Position numbers and translations under genes: made by a program. Positions 34,305 to 43,863 of a stretch of DNA of 57,804 nt are shown here, one piece after another. The notes beneath the pieces are model-generated. The model did no database searches, had not been told where the DNA came from, and was given only the letters and a program-made list of their open reading frames with translations. The number at the start of each line of letters is the position of its first letter. Position 1 is the stretch's first letter. The stretch covers positions 1-57,804 of the forward strand of contig JAYEKM010000029.1 of the NCBI GenBank assembly GCA_034661035.1. The letters are read 5' to 3'. This stretch comes from Patescibacteria group bacterium (GTDB lineage: Bacteria > Patescibacteriota > Minisyncoccia > Phycocordibacterales > UBA12079).

Positions 34305-37300
34305 TTAAATAGGTTCATAAATAGGTATAGTTTGATCTGAAGTTATAGTTATATTAACAGGAGCTATTCCGTTACCAAAAATGGTAATCATTTTCTCACC
34401 AGTAAACCTGTAGGAAGCAAAAATCTTTAAAATTGACCCTAGACTATCCGTGAAGTAATCAGCAAAAGAGAGAGTCTCTGGAGTAAATGTAGCTGTATTA
34501 GTTGTCTCTTCTCCTGGAGATTCAGGTAAGCTTGATAGATCTGCTGTAAAAGAAACATCATTCCGGTAACCATTCCAAGAAATAACTTCAATGTCAATTC
34601 CTGGTTCAGTTTCAACACCTCCTCCAGCAAAGTCAGCTTCTACTTCGGTAGGTGTAGCAAATAAATTAAAGTAGGCAAGAGGCTCAAACGTAGCTGTGTC
34701 TTCGTAGCTTAATTCATGATAGCAAGTAAGAGTATAAACTGTTTCTTCGAGAATAATTTTGTCAATTAAATAATCTCCTACAGAGGCACAAGTAGCTTCA
34801 GAAGAACAAACATTTGTCTGGCTATAACCTGTGTCACTTTCTAAATCACACCTAACTACATTTTGTGTCTGCCACTCAGCAATCGGTTTGAGACCTGTTC
34901 TTTGGTTATGAACGTTGAAACTACCTGAAATTATCTCTGGAGGATCTACGACAACGGTAATTAAATCTGTTGAACAATTAGTTGTTCCTCCGTAACCTGT
35001 AAATGAACCTGTGTAGGTAATATCTTGAGTCTCTGTTACAGATGGATAATCCTCGACACTACCACTAGCCAGCGGAGAAATAGAACCTACCCCACGGTTA
35101 ATTGAAGCTGAATTAGTGTAATTTGAAGTCCAAGATAATGTCGTACTATCACCTAAGAAAACAATATCTTCTGATGAATTCAAGGTGCAGGTTGGAGAGT
35201 GAGGTGTAACAACAACACCTCCGTTACCAGCCCCTGCATCAGTACTACAAGTCCCCACCTCACCTCCATCTGAATCATCTTTTACAGTAAAAGTACAAAC
35301 CTCTGTCGCGGCTGGTCCATAAGGGAAATTAAAGACAACAGCTGGACTAGCTGGGCTATTCAAAGGAATTGAACCATAATCAGCACCGCCGGCAACAGGA
35401 CCTGTACAAGAATATTTTATATCAGAGGCGTAGGTTGAACTCCAAGTCAATATACTTGAACCAGGAGATGTAACAGAAGTAGGGTTAAAAGCAGCTGTAC
35501 AGATAGGACAATCTTTTACCCCTGGAACTTCTCTCGTCGTACCACAATTACTTGTCTGCGTCAGAGTAGTTCCCTCACAAGTGGTGCTAGCAGCTGGTTC
35601 CCATATCGTTGGAACACAACAATTTTTTGTTCCTGTAGCTGTCCGAGTTGTTCCGCAATTACTTGTCTGGGTAAAATTATCTCCACTACACTCAGAGGAT
35701 GTAGGAGGAGACCAGCTTGATGGAGTACAACCACCACAATTCTTTGTTCCTGTAGCTGTCCGAGTTGTTCCGCAATTACTTGTCTGGGTAAAATTATCTC
35801 CACTACACTCAGAGGATGTAGGAGGAGACCAGCTTGATGGAGTACAACCACCACAATTCTTTGTTCCTGTCGCTCCCCGAGTAGAACCACAATCACTTGT
35901 CTGAGTAAAATCATCTCCATCACACACAGAAGCCGTAGAAGGTGACCAACTTGATGGGGTACAAGATGTCGTACTAACGATTACAGTAGAGTTACTTCCA
36001 CAGGTAGCAGTCTTACCAGCGCTATCAGCTACAGTTATAGTACAAACCTGATTTCCAGTTTGATTTACATCAAAAGAAAGTGTTGCTGAACCAGAAACAG
36101 GTAAACCACTAGCCGCTGCTGTAATGGGTCCAGTACAAGCGTAACTTGCTGAAACAGCATTGCCACTCGAATACCAAATGGCTGTGCTAGAACCAGGAGC
36201 AACAACATTGTAATTAGACCAACTTAAATTACAAGAAAGTTCTTCAGCAGAATTGATAACCAAACTGTCAAAACACGAATATTCTTTACCAGAACTACTT
36301 ACTGCAGTTACTTTAAGTAATATCTGTTTGTAATTTTTAATTACATTCTTCAAATCACCTGACAATCCTGTTGCTGTTGCAAGATTAACAGTTAAAGGCT
36401 GAACAATCTTTAATGAAGAATTTGCATTTTCAGATGCCCACTTAAAATAAATTGAATCACCAACTTTAACACTTGACACATCTTGTCCTGATGAATTAAC
36501 CCAACTTACACTACAGGTAGGATTTGCTGGAGGACTAGTTGGATCTATTCTTAGAGTATCATCACACGAATATTCAACTCCATTGCTATTTTTCACAGTG
36601 ATGACACATTTTTCAGTTCCGGGGTTATCAAAAGTAAAAGGATAGGATCCGTTTGGATTAATTGAACCCCAACCATCATTCCAAGACAGCACTCCTGAAC
36701 AAGAATATTTAGCTGAAACGGCGTTAGAAGAGGAGCTCCAAGTAAGAGTGCTTGAATCACCAGTTTTTATTCCCCCATCATTATCATCCCACTCAACAGT
36801 ACAAGAAGGGGTCTGATCTGCCACAGTATATGTATAATCTTTGGAACCTATATACTTGAAGGTAGGAGTATATGAAGGACAACTAGGTCTACCCCAAATA
36901 TCATTGTAAGAACAAGAACTACACACTGGATAAGGTGGGGGTGACTTAATGTTAACGCACATACAACTCATACCTACCATACCACTGTCTACCTCATATT
37001 TTATATCGCAATTAGCACTTGGGTAATTATCAAATCCCCATTCCTCATCTAAACAACTACCAAGTGGCATTAATTGTGTCGCTGAATTTAAACAATAAGA
37101 AGACATATCATAAACACTTTCATTCGCATAAAATTTTAGAGTAATTGTATGTGTTCCTGGTGTTGTCGATTTAGTAGTATTTACTGGCGAAACCTGCGAC
37201 CTAACTTTTGTGGTAGGATTTTCATACATGGTTTTACCAACAGAAACACCGTCATGGAATACTTCAATATAACCGTCGTCGAGATTTAAATAAGCGTTAT

Positions 37301-38750
37301 TACACCCACCCGAAGTCAATTGTTGCAAACTAACAGGAACAGGATTGGAATTCATGTTTATACTATAAGTAAAAAATGCTCCATAACCATTACTACTATT
37401 AGGAATAGCCCCTGCCCAAGAAGCCGCGTTTACATCCTTAGCACCACCTAACAACATAGTTGTACCTATCAGTACAAGGAATAAAGCAGTATTTTTAATT
37501 TGTTGGAAAACATCATCTTGTTTTCTCCTTTTTCTAAACAGATATAGACCATAAAAAACAAGAACTACTATCACAACAAAAGTAATTAAGAAATATGAAT
37601 CCTTTTTTCCATTTTTAATACTCAAAATCGCTTCATCTAAAATTTGCTCTTCAGACTTAATTAGCAGCGAAACCTTAGGATCCTGACATCTTTTTAAAAT
37701 AGGGACACTGACAGAGGCTAACCCAAATGAATTATCATTAGGAGTGTAGTAAAAACGGTCAGAACAACCATCAATAACACCCTCAATAACAACATCATCT
37801 AATTTGGTTCCCATACCAAGCCTTGAATCTTGAAAATCATCAGCTGAAGGAGTCCAGAGAAAAGAAACTTCTGCTAAATCCCCTTCCAAGTAATACCCGC
37901 TATCCAATTTAATATTATGAACAGTAGCGCTCCCTCCTCTGACAACATAATGTATGGCAATTGAATTAGAGGTTATCTTTTCACCATTATCGTTTAAACC
38001 AGACAAAGATACTTTAGTGTCATAAGCTTGGGGTATTTCAGGCTTAGGTATAACAAAAGAAATCATCTCAATTCCCTCAGATTCAATGTTATTAGTCCCA
38101 TTTAAATTATCTTCATTAACAAAAACAATTTCCCCAAAAGTTGACCTTCTGTGAGTCTCGAAAATCGGTTCAAACTCTACTTTTTCTGGAGTAAGATTAC
38201 TAACTCTACAATTTAATACAAGAGTTTCTTCGGGAGCAACATCAACACCTTGTCTAATATTATAATTTTCTCCATTTCCTTCCCCAACAATTAAATAACA
38301 AGAATCGTTGACAATGTTAAGATACTCACCTGTTCCGTCTAAGACGATATCTCCAACATTATTAATAGCAACAGGAAGACCAGCTTCATTTCTAGCAACA
38401 ATTTCCAAACCGTAGGTTCCTCGCAAAAAAGCAGGGGCTGAATATTTTAAATCTCTAGAAAGAGTTTCCATTTCTCCGATATCTAACACCTCTGTATAAA
38501 CTTTCTCATCAATAGTACCCCCATCTTCTATTAGCCGAATTCCATATTTTATGCCCGACTGAGCCCCTTCTCCATTAGTTATGTCAAAGGAGACACTTAT
38601 GTCATTATCTTCATAAACCAAAACAGGATTACGAATTTCAATATCAACAGAAACCCAATCTTGTGCTTGAACTGTAAGACAAGCTGACCAAACAACCAAA
38701 AGAGACAGCGTAAATGCAACCCTTTCTATAAATCTAAAATTTTTTTTCAT
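34305..38750 (-). CDS. Giant (1481 aa) Cys-rich multi-repeat surface protein with internal TM pair and conserved C-terminal module
   Basis: Signal peptide, then a ~385-aa ectodomain, then a TM, RKRRK and a second signal-like hydrophobic segment (AKDVNA/AS). After that come about five ~90-aa Ig-like repeats with a conserved Cys pattern and four 39-aa Cys repeats. The last ~210 aa are shared with the 44271-45491 protein. Confidence 0.8.
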   Translation of the reverse strand: MKKNFRFIERVAFTLSLLVVWSACLTVQAQDWVSVDIEIRNPVLVYEDNDISVSFDITNGEGAQSGIKYGIRLIEDGGTIDEKVYTEVLDIGEMETLSRDLKYSAPAFLRGTYGLEIVARNEAGLPVAINNVGDIVLDGTGEYLNIVNDSCYLIVGEGNGENYNIRQGVDVAPEETLVLNCRVSNLTPEKVEFEPIFETHRRSTFGEIVFVNEDNLNGTNNIESEGIEMISFVIPKPEIPQAYDTKVSLSGLNDNGEKITSNSIAIHYVVRGGSATVHNIKLDSGYYLEGDLAEVSFLWTPSADDFQDSRLGMGTKLDDVVIEGVIDGCSDRFYYTPNDNSFGLASVSVPILKRCQDPKVSLLIKSEEQILDEAILSIKNGKKDSYFLITFVVIVVLVFYGLYLFRKRRKQDDVFQQIKNTALFLVLIGTTMLLGGAKDVNAASWAGAIPNSSNGYGAFFTYSINMNSNPVPVSLQQLTSGGCNNAYLNLDDGYIEVFHDGVSVGKTMYENPTTKVRSQVSPVNTTKSTTPGTHTITLKFYANESVYDMSSYCLNSATQLMPLGSCLDEEWGFDNYPSANCDIKYEVDSGMVGMSCMCVNIKSPPPYPVCSSCSYNDIWGRPSCPSYTPTFKYIGSKDYTYTVADQTPSCTVEWDDNDGGIKTGDSSTLTWSSSSNAVSAKYSCSGVLSWNDGWGSINPNGSYPFTFDNPGTEKCVITVKNSNGVEYSCDDTLRIDPTSPPANPTCSVSWVNSSGQDVSSVKVGDSIYFKWASENANSSLKIVQPLTVNLATATGLSGDLKNVIKNYKQILLKVTAVSSSGKEYSCFDSLVINSAEELSCNLSWSNYNVVAPGSSTAIWYSSGNAVSASYACTGPITAAASGLPVSGSATLSFDVNQTGNQVCTITVADSAGKTATCGSNSTVIVSTTSCTPSSWSPSTASVCDGDDFTQTSDCGSTRGATGTKNCGGCTPSSWSPPTSSECSGDNFTQTSNCGTTRTATGTKNCGGCTPSSWSPPTSSECSGDNFTQTSNCGTTRTATGTKNCCVPTIWEPAASTTCEGTTLTQTSNCGTTREVPGVKDCPICTAAFNPTSVTSPGSSILTWSSTYASDIKYSCTGPVAGGADYGSIPLNSPASPAVVFNFPYGPAATEVCTFTVKDDSDGGEVGTCSTDAGAGNGGVVVTPHSPTCTLNSSEDIVFLGDSTTLSWTSNYTNSASINRGVGSISPLASGSVEDYPSVTETQDITYTGSFTGYGGTTNCSTDLITVVVDPPEIISGSFNVHNQRTGLKPIAEWQTQNVVRCDLESDTGYSQTNVCSSEATCASVGDYLIDKIILEETVYTLTCYHELSYEDTATFEPLAYFNLFATPTEVEADFAGGGVETEPGIDIEVISWNGYRNDVSFTADLSSLPESPGEETTNTATFTPETLSFADYFTDSLGSILKIFASYRFTGEKMITIFGNGIAPVNITITSDQTIPIYEPI
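35510..35977. repeat. Four tandem 117-bp (39-codon) repeats, the central two identical
   Basis: 35626-35742 and 35743-35859 are identical by eye (period 117: tcctgtagct at 35631 and 35748). The flanking copies are diverged. They encode CTPSSWSPPTSSECSGDNFTQTSNCGTTRTATGTKNCGG. Confidence 0.85.
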
Positions 38751-38864
38751 AATACATTGTTTTGTTAAATTTTTAATAATTTTTTAAAAAATGAATATAT
38801 ACTATTATTGTAATACTATTTTACTTTAAAATCACATTAATTTAATAAAAACACAGATAAGAAT

Positions 38865-40619
38865 CTATTTATTTCCTAAAACGTCATCAATAGAAACTAA
38901 ACCTTGCACTGCTTTAAAAAAAGCTTCTTCTCTTAATGTTAAAGTTCCCTCTTCTTTTACTTGTTTTTCAATTTTGTCTAAGGGAACTTTTTCCCTCAAA
39001 AGTTCTCTGGTCGCAGGGCTAACCCTTGATATCTCATTTATCATAATCTTTTCAGTACTTTTGCCTTTTGATTTGAAAAATTTTACTTCTGACCACGGTT
39101 GTTCGCTCAATAGAATATTCTCATTAACTAGAGCTACCATGACCTTATTTAGATCAACATACCTAGAAATACTCTTAATTTCAGAAACACTTAAATAATA
39201 CTCCTTTTTTTCCTCAGGAAGTCTGGGTATCATTTTCTGCAGGATAACTATCTCTAAACCATTTATTATTAAAGTAGAATCAATTTTAGAGGATGAGGTC
39301 ATTTTATAGACAACATCTGATGAGGATCTTGCTTTCATCTCAACGACAGACAGAGCTAATCTATCTTCATTCACAATACTAGATAATTTCAAAAGACTTG
39401 AAATAGATTTATTTGAATTTAAATCTTTTAAACCATCCACTGCGACAACATCACAATCCTGTTTAGCTAAATTATTTATCCCTTCTGAGACGCCAAAACC
39501 TATTTCTGAATTAATTACTACCTGACTTATTCCTGACATCTGGAAACCAATTGAATCTTCAACTGTCCCAATACTAAGACTGGGGTCTTTTAATATATCT
39601 AAAATCGTGTAAAAAGTAGTCGTCTTACCGGATTGTTTCCCGCCAGCAATCAAGATCATACCTTTCTTTCTACCTAAAACCTTATATAGCAAATCAAGTC
39701 CTTCTCCGTGAAAACCAGCTGCTTCTAGGGAAAAACCTGAATCACCTTTTCTTAATATATTTAAAACAGATTTCTCTCCCCATGAAGAAGGAATTACATG
39801 TATTTTGAGATCAATTTCTCTCCCATCAAAACCTACTTGGAAACGACCATTTTGACATAAGTTATCTGTATCTAATCTCAAATTAGCTAGCGTTTTAATT
39901 TTCAAAGCCAGAAAAGTAGCCGATCTTTTAGGTAATACCATTGCTGAATACAGACTACCATTTATCCTATACCTAATTAAAACATTATCCTCTTGAGGTT
40001 CTATATGGATACTAGAAACATTTTGAATCAAAGCGTGTTTTAAAAGCAATTCAAAAACTGAGTTTACTTGCTTACTTCTGGCTAATTCCAGTATTGATTC
40101 TCTGGGTAATTTCTTTAGTGTACCATTTGGAATAGTTTGGAAAGAAAGAGAGCCTTTTTGGATCATTGCCCCATATTCATTTTTTAGCATTCCTTGATAC
40201 TGTGAAATTGCCTTATTTAAAGAATCTTTATTGGTCAAATAAGGAACTACCTTTAAACCAACCATTTTCTTTAGAAAATCAACTTTTTCTAAACTGTCTA
40301 AATCCAAAACAGCAACTTTTAAGGATTTCTCATCTCTATCAAAGGCAATTATGTTATGTCTCCTTGTAATTGGTTCCGGTATGGTAGAAAGAATAGCCCA
40401 ATCAATTTTTTGTTTACTCAAATCAACGAAAGGAATCCCTGACACCTTTGACTGTAAACTCTGTAAATCTTGTTCGTTAAGAATTCCTTTCCTTATTAAA
40501 ATATCACATGATCTAAGTTTTTTTTCCTCTGCTTCTTTCACAGCCAAATCAAAATCATCCTGGTTTACTAAACCAAGTTCTAAAATTAAATCTTCTACTT
40601 TGTTTTTATCTATAAACAT
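38865..40619 (-). CDS. PilB/GspE-like protein with degenerate ATPase core
   Basis: GspE N-domain and P-loop GGKQSGKTTT are retained. Where PilB has DVIMVGEIRD this protein has DVVAVDGLKD, and where PilB has TGHLVFSTIHTN it has EDRLALSVVEMK. Confidence 0.75.
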   Translation of the reverse strand: MFIDKNKVEDLILELGLVNQDDFDLAVKEAEEKKLRSCDILIRKGILNEQDLQSLQSKVSGIPFVDLSKQKIDWAILSTIPEPITRRHNIIAFDRDEKSLKVAVLDLDSLEKVDFLKKMVGLKVVPYLTNKDSLNKAISQYQGMLKNEYGAMIQKGSLSFQTIPNGTLKKLPRESILELARSKQVNSVFELLLKHALIQNVSSIHIEPQEDNVLIRYRINGSLYSAMVLPKRSATFLALKIKTLANLRLDTDNLCQNGRFQVGFDGREIDLKIHVIPSSWGEKSVLNILRKGDSGFSLEAAGFHGEGLDLLYKVLGRKKGMILIAGGKQSGKTTTFYTILDILKDPSLSIGTVEDSIGFQMSGISQVVINSEIGFGVSEGINNLAKQDCDVVAVDGLKDLNSNKSISSLLKLSSIVNEDRLALSVVEMKARSSSDVVYKMTSSSKIDSTLIINGLEIVILQKMIPRLPEEKKEYYLSVSEIKSISRYVDLNKVMVALVNENILLSEQPWSEVKFFKSKGKSTEKIMINEISRVSPATRELLREKVPLDKIEKQVKEEGTLTLREEAFFKAVQGLVSIDDVLGNK

Positions 40620-40644
40620 TTTTCTTTAAATACAGGTAAGGTGA

Positions 40645-41199
40645 TTATATTTCAATTTCCAAAGGAACGTCTAGTGCATCCTCTATTATAATTGGGGTAA
40701 ATTGAATTATCACTTCTTCTGCACTAAATTGTTTTGCATCCTTAATATCTTCTTTAGCTGTTACAGTTATTTGTTGACCAACTTTCAAGTCACTGAAGAT
40801 AACATCTTGTTTGTTAAACATTTCTGGAGGAAAAATCGGTTCTATCATTACTTCAGGATTTTCCATCTGTGCTTTTATCTTCTCATCAAACTCCTTCATC
40901 TCCTGCTGATACTGTGCTTGGTCCTTTTCTACAAATTTGTAAAACTTAGCCCCAGTTGTTTCAATAGTCCTTATATCTGAGCTACCAACAGAAGTTGGAT
41001 ATAATGGATAAATTTTCAAAACGATTTTATCACCGTTTATCTCTTGGATATCACCACTAATAGTCATTATTTCCATATCTTCTATACCCGGCATTGCTAC
41101 AAACCCTTCTTCATTATTTGACGGAACAGCCATTCCTAAAATAAAAAATATGAGGGCTGTGATTAAAATTATTACGACTTGGTTCATTTTTTTTCGCAT
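40645..41199 (-). CDS. Membrane-anchored hypothetical protein
   Basis: N-terminal TM and an acidic 150-aa ectodomain. Confidence 0.55.
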   Translation of the reverse strand: MRKKMNQVVIILITALIFFILGMAVPSNNEEGFVAMPGIEDMEIMTISGDIQEINGDKIVLKIYPLYPTSVGSSDIRTIETTGAKFYKFVEKDQAQYQQEMKEFDEKIKAQMENPEVMIEPIFPPEMFNKQDVIFSDLKVGQQITVTAKEDIKDAKQFSAEEVIIQFTPIIIEDALDVPLEIEI

Positions 41200-41267
41200 T
41201 TTTTGTTATTTGTTAAATTATAATTTTTTGACTATTATTTAGTAATTGAACTCTCTAATAAAAACTT

Positions 41268-43841
41268 CTATTTACTTTTAAGTAGCTTAATCTCATTTTT
41301 TAATTCATCAATTTGTTTTTGCTGTTCTTTTATTGCCTCAATCAATGGAGCTACTAAATTACTATATTGAATTGATTTTAATCCTGTTTCTTCATCAGTC
41401 ATTACTAATTCTGGGTAAACTTTTTCTACATCTTGAGCAATCAAACCAATATTAACACTATCACCCCGCGCTTCTTCATCCTTCCACTTAAAAGATACTC
41501 CTTTTAACTGCAATATCTTACTTAACGAACTATCCAATTCTGCAATATCTTTTTTAAGTCTTATATCTGAACTAATAGTATAACTACCTGTAGTAAGATG
41601 TCCATAATTATAGATATTGTCAGAAACAATATAGTTCAACCTATTTGTGCTGGCTGGGTCAAGATAATAAGCATGATAGTCACTATCCACAAATTTAGTA
41701 GCATAATGAGGGGAACTAGTCGTTAAGGTAAGTGTTACAGAATCTGAAGTGCCTCCCCCTGTTAGTCCTGTCCCCGCAACGACAGCTGTTATGTCACCAG
41801 AACCTGCGTTTACACAAGAAAAAGTCCCTTGGGCTGAGTTTATATTTTGCACAACTTGACCAACAGAACAGGCTCCTGTTAATTTTTTTTGAATAGAAGT
41901 AAGATACTGTCCACTAACAGAAATACCATTCAGATACAGAATGTTTAAATAAGAAGTACCATCCATATCCAAAAGATAACTGCTCGGATTATTTCGATCA
42001 CGGAAAATAGTCGCTCTCAGATCACTAAAAGCAGAAACACTGGATGGATCAACGTAATAACTAGTACTGTTAGCGTCATATTCCCTACCATTGTAACCAT
42101 AACTTCTATAAACATAAGTTGCACTACTTCCTCTTGCTGTTACTGTTGCTAATGTGTCTGACTCTGAAGTTATCCCTGCACTCGGCCAGCTACTTCTATA
42201 AACACCACCAAGAGTAATACCATTTACCGTAAGAGCGTTAAATCTAGAAGTACTTGCTGGGTTTGCGTAGTAATTTGTATCATTATAATCATAAAAGATA
42301 GGAGATCGAATATCTGAATAGCCATAAACTCTATCTGCAGCAACAGTATTTAACCTAGAGGTACTCGCTGGATCAAGATAATAACCAGTATTATCCCAAT
42401 CATGAATTTTGTCTGCGATATATATATCTGAAGTATTGTCTGATGAACTGCTTCCAACATATAAATCATTATAAGCATAAATACGACTTAATATAGAAGT
42501 AGAAGCTGGGTCTACATAATAACCAATGTTATTTTGATCATAAAAAATAGGGGCTCGCATAGAAGCATCAGCTCTAAAATATCCTGCTGTATACATATTT
42601 CCTGAACCATATATCTGCCAACTACCTGGACTAGAAGCACTCCCTAACCTAATTCCATTAACATTGACCATCTCTCTATTACCAGCACTGTTTCCTTGAG
42701 CTAAAACTTCATTTAATGTTTGGTCATCTGACGATGAAGGACAATAGGTACCGTTTTGACGACAAACATTTTGCCCCCCCGAAACAACGTTAGAGGCAGT
42801 AAGCGTACCACCAACAGTTACACCGGCTGAAGTCGTTGTCAATCTAGTAGCTCCATTGTACATTGCATAAAAAGGTCCATTTCTAGTACCATAATAAATC
42901 CACTCATTATCGCGGTCATTATATCCACCAATATGACTACTATGCATCATGAGTGTTACGTAATTAGCATAGTTCATCCCGCTCCAACCGCCTCTTGTGC
43001 CAGATATTTGCCATGAACCATAATTAGAACTAGTATTTGGATAAAAATGTGCTCCGTTCACACTCGTTGAATACAAACCATACCCTCTTACATCAAGCCA
43101 GCTACCAAGTCTTCCGTAATTAGAACCACCTTGCTGTAACTCAAAACCATTGTTTAATCTTAAAACACTAACTTCTTTAACAGCATGATTATTCATATCC
43201 AAATCTTGTGTAGCTGAATGATTCCCAAGATTATCTGCTCCTGATGGCCAAGCTGAAAGAGACACACCACCAAGATTTATTGTACCTACTTTCAGAGTAT
43301 TTGGAATATAGACGTTATTTGCTCCACTGGTAGCAGAATCGTTAACTGACATAACTAAAGTACTCATATTGTAATCATTATAGAAACGAATACCGTTGTA
43401 ACTAGCGTTGGCTCCTAGTTTTATCCCGGTATGGAAAGCTATTCTTAAATCAGGGTAGGGAGAAGTCCATGATCCTGATTCTCTATAGATAGCATAAGCA
43501 CTACTCATTCCACTAGCAAAATACATTCCGTAAGGATGATCTGTAGATACACCATAATTATTAGCTAAATAAAAAGAACCTAACTTATTGGTGTATGAAG
43601 TACTACTAGGATCAATGTAATAACTTGTACTTGGGTAGTCGTAATAGACAGGGGACCTCATATCTGTATTTGATTGCAAAGAACCTTGTTTTAGTTGGAA
43701 GTTAGCTCCAACATTAAGTGGTTCTGAAGTATTAGAAGAAGGTGGGTTAGCTGTTGGTCCTGTCCAAGCTGATACCAAACTAAAGTAAATTATGAAAGCT
43801 ACTGCTGATAGGATTATTATTTTTGTTGTCTTGATTTGCAT
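41268..43841 (-). CDS. Tail-fibre-like secreted fibre protein with C-terminal S74-type intramolecular chaperone (autoproteolytic) domain
   Basis: Signal peptide MQIKTTKIIILSAVAFIIYFSLVSA (alternative upstream ATG at 43883). Repeated YYxDPxSTS motif. The last 100 aa read SDIRLKKDI...GVSFKWKD...IGLIAQDVEKVYPELV...coiled coil. Confidence 0.75.
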   Translation of the reverse strand: MQIKTTKIIILSAVAFIIYFSLVSAWTGPTANPPSSNTSEPLNVGANFQLKQGSLQSNTDMRSPVYYDYPSTSYYIDPSSTSYTNKLGSFYLANNYGVSTDHPYGMYFASGMSSAYAIYRESGSWTSPYPDLRIAFHTGIKLGANASYNGIRFYNDYNMSTLVMSVNDSATSGANNVYIPNTLKVGTINLGGVSLSAWPSGADNLGNHSATQDLDMNNHAVKEVSVLRLNNGFELQQGGSNYGRLGSWLDVRGYGLYSTSVNGAHFYPNTSSNYGSWQISGTRGGWSGMNYANYVTLMMHSSHIGGYNDRDNEWIYYGTRNGPFYAMYNGATRLTTTSAGVTVGGTLTASNVVSGGQNVCRQNGTYCPSSSDDQTLNEVLAQGNSAGNREMVNVNGIRLGSASSPGSWQIYGSGNMYTAGYFRADASMRAPIFYDQNNIGYYVDPASTSILSRIYAYNDLYVGSSSSDNTSDIYIADKIHDWDNTGYYLDPASTSRLNTVAADRVYGYSDIRSPIFYDYNDTNYYANPASTSRFNALTVNGITLGGVYRSSWPSAGITSESDTLATVTARGSSATYVYRSYGYNGREYDANSTSYYVDPSSVSAFSDLRATIFRDRNNPSSYLLDMDGTSYLNILYLNGISVSGQYLTSIQKKLTGACSVGQVVQNINSAQGTFSCVNAGSGDITAVVAGTGLTGGGTSDSVTLTLTTSSPHYATKFVDSDYHAYYLDPASTNRLNYIVSDNIYNYGHLTTGSYTISSDIRLKKDIAELDSSLSKILQLKGVSFKWKDEEARGDSVNIGLIAQDVEKVYPELVMTDEETGLKSIQYSNLVAPLIEAIKEQQKQIDELKNEIKLLKSK

Positions 43842-43863
43842 ATGTTTTTTATTAATTATATTT

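Noticed and set aside
35561-35923. ORFs in alternative frame and strand across the 117-bp repeats
   Set aside because: They are open only because the repeat lacks stops in several frames. The long minus-strand frame of the 1481-aa protein is continuous and has a meaningful domain structure.
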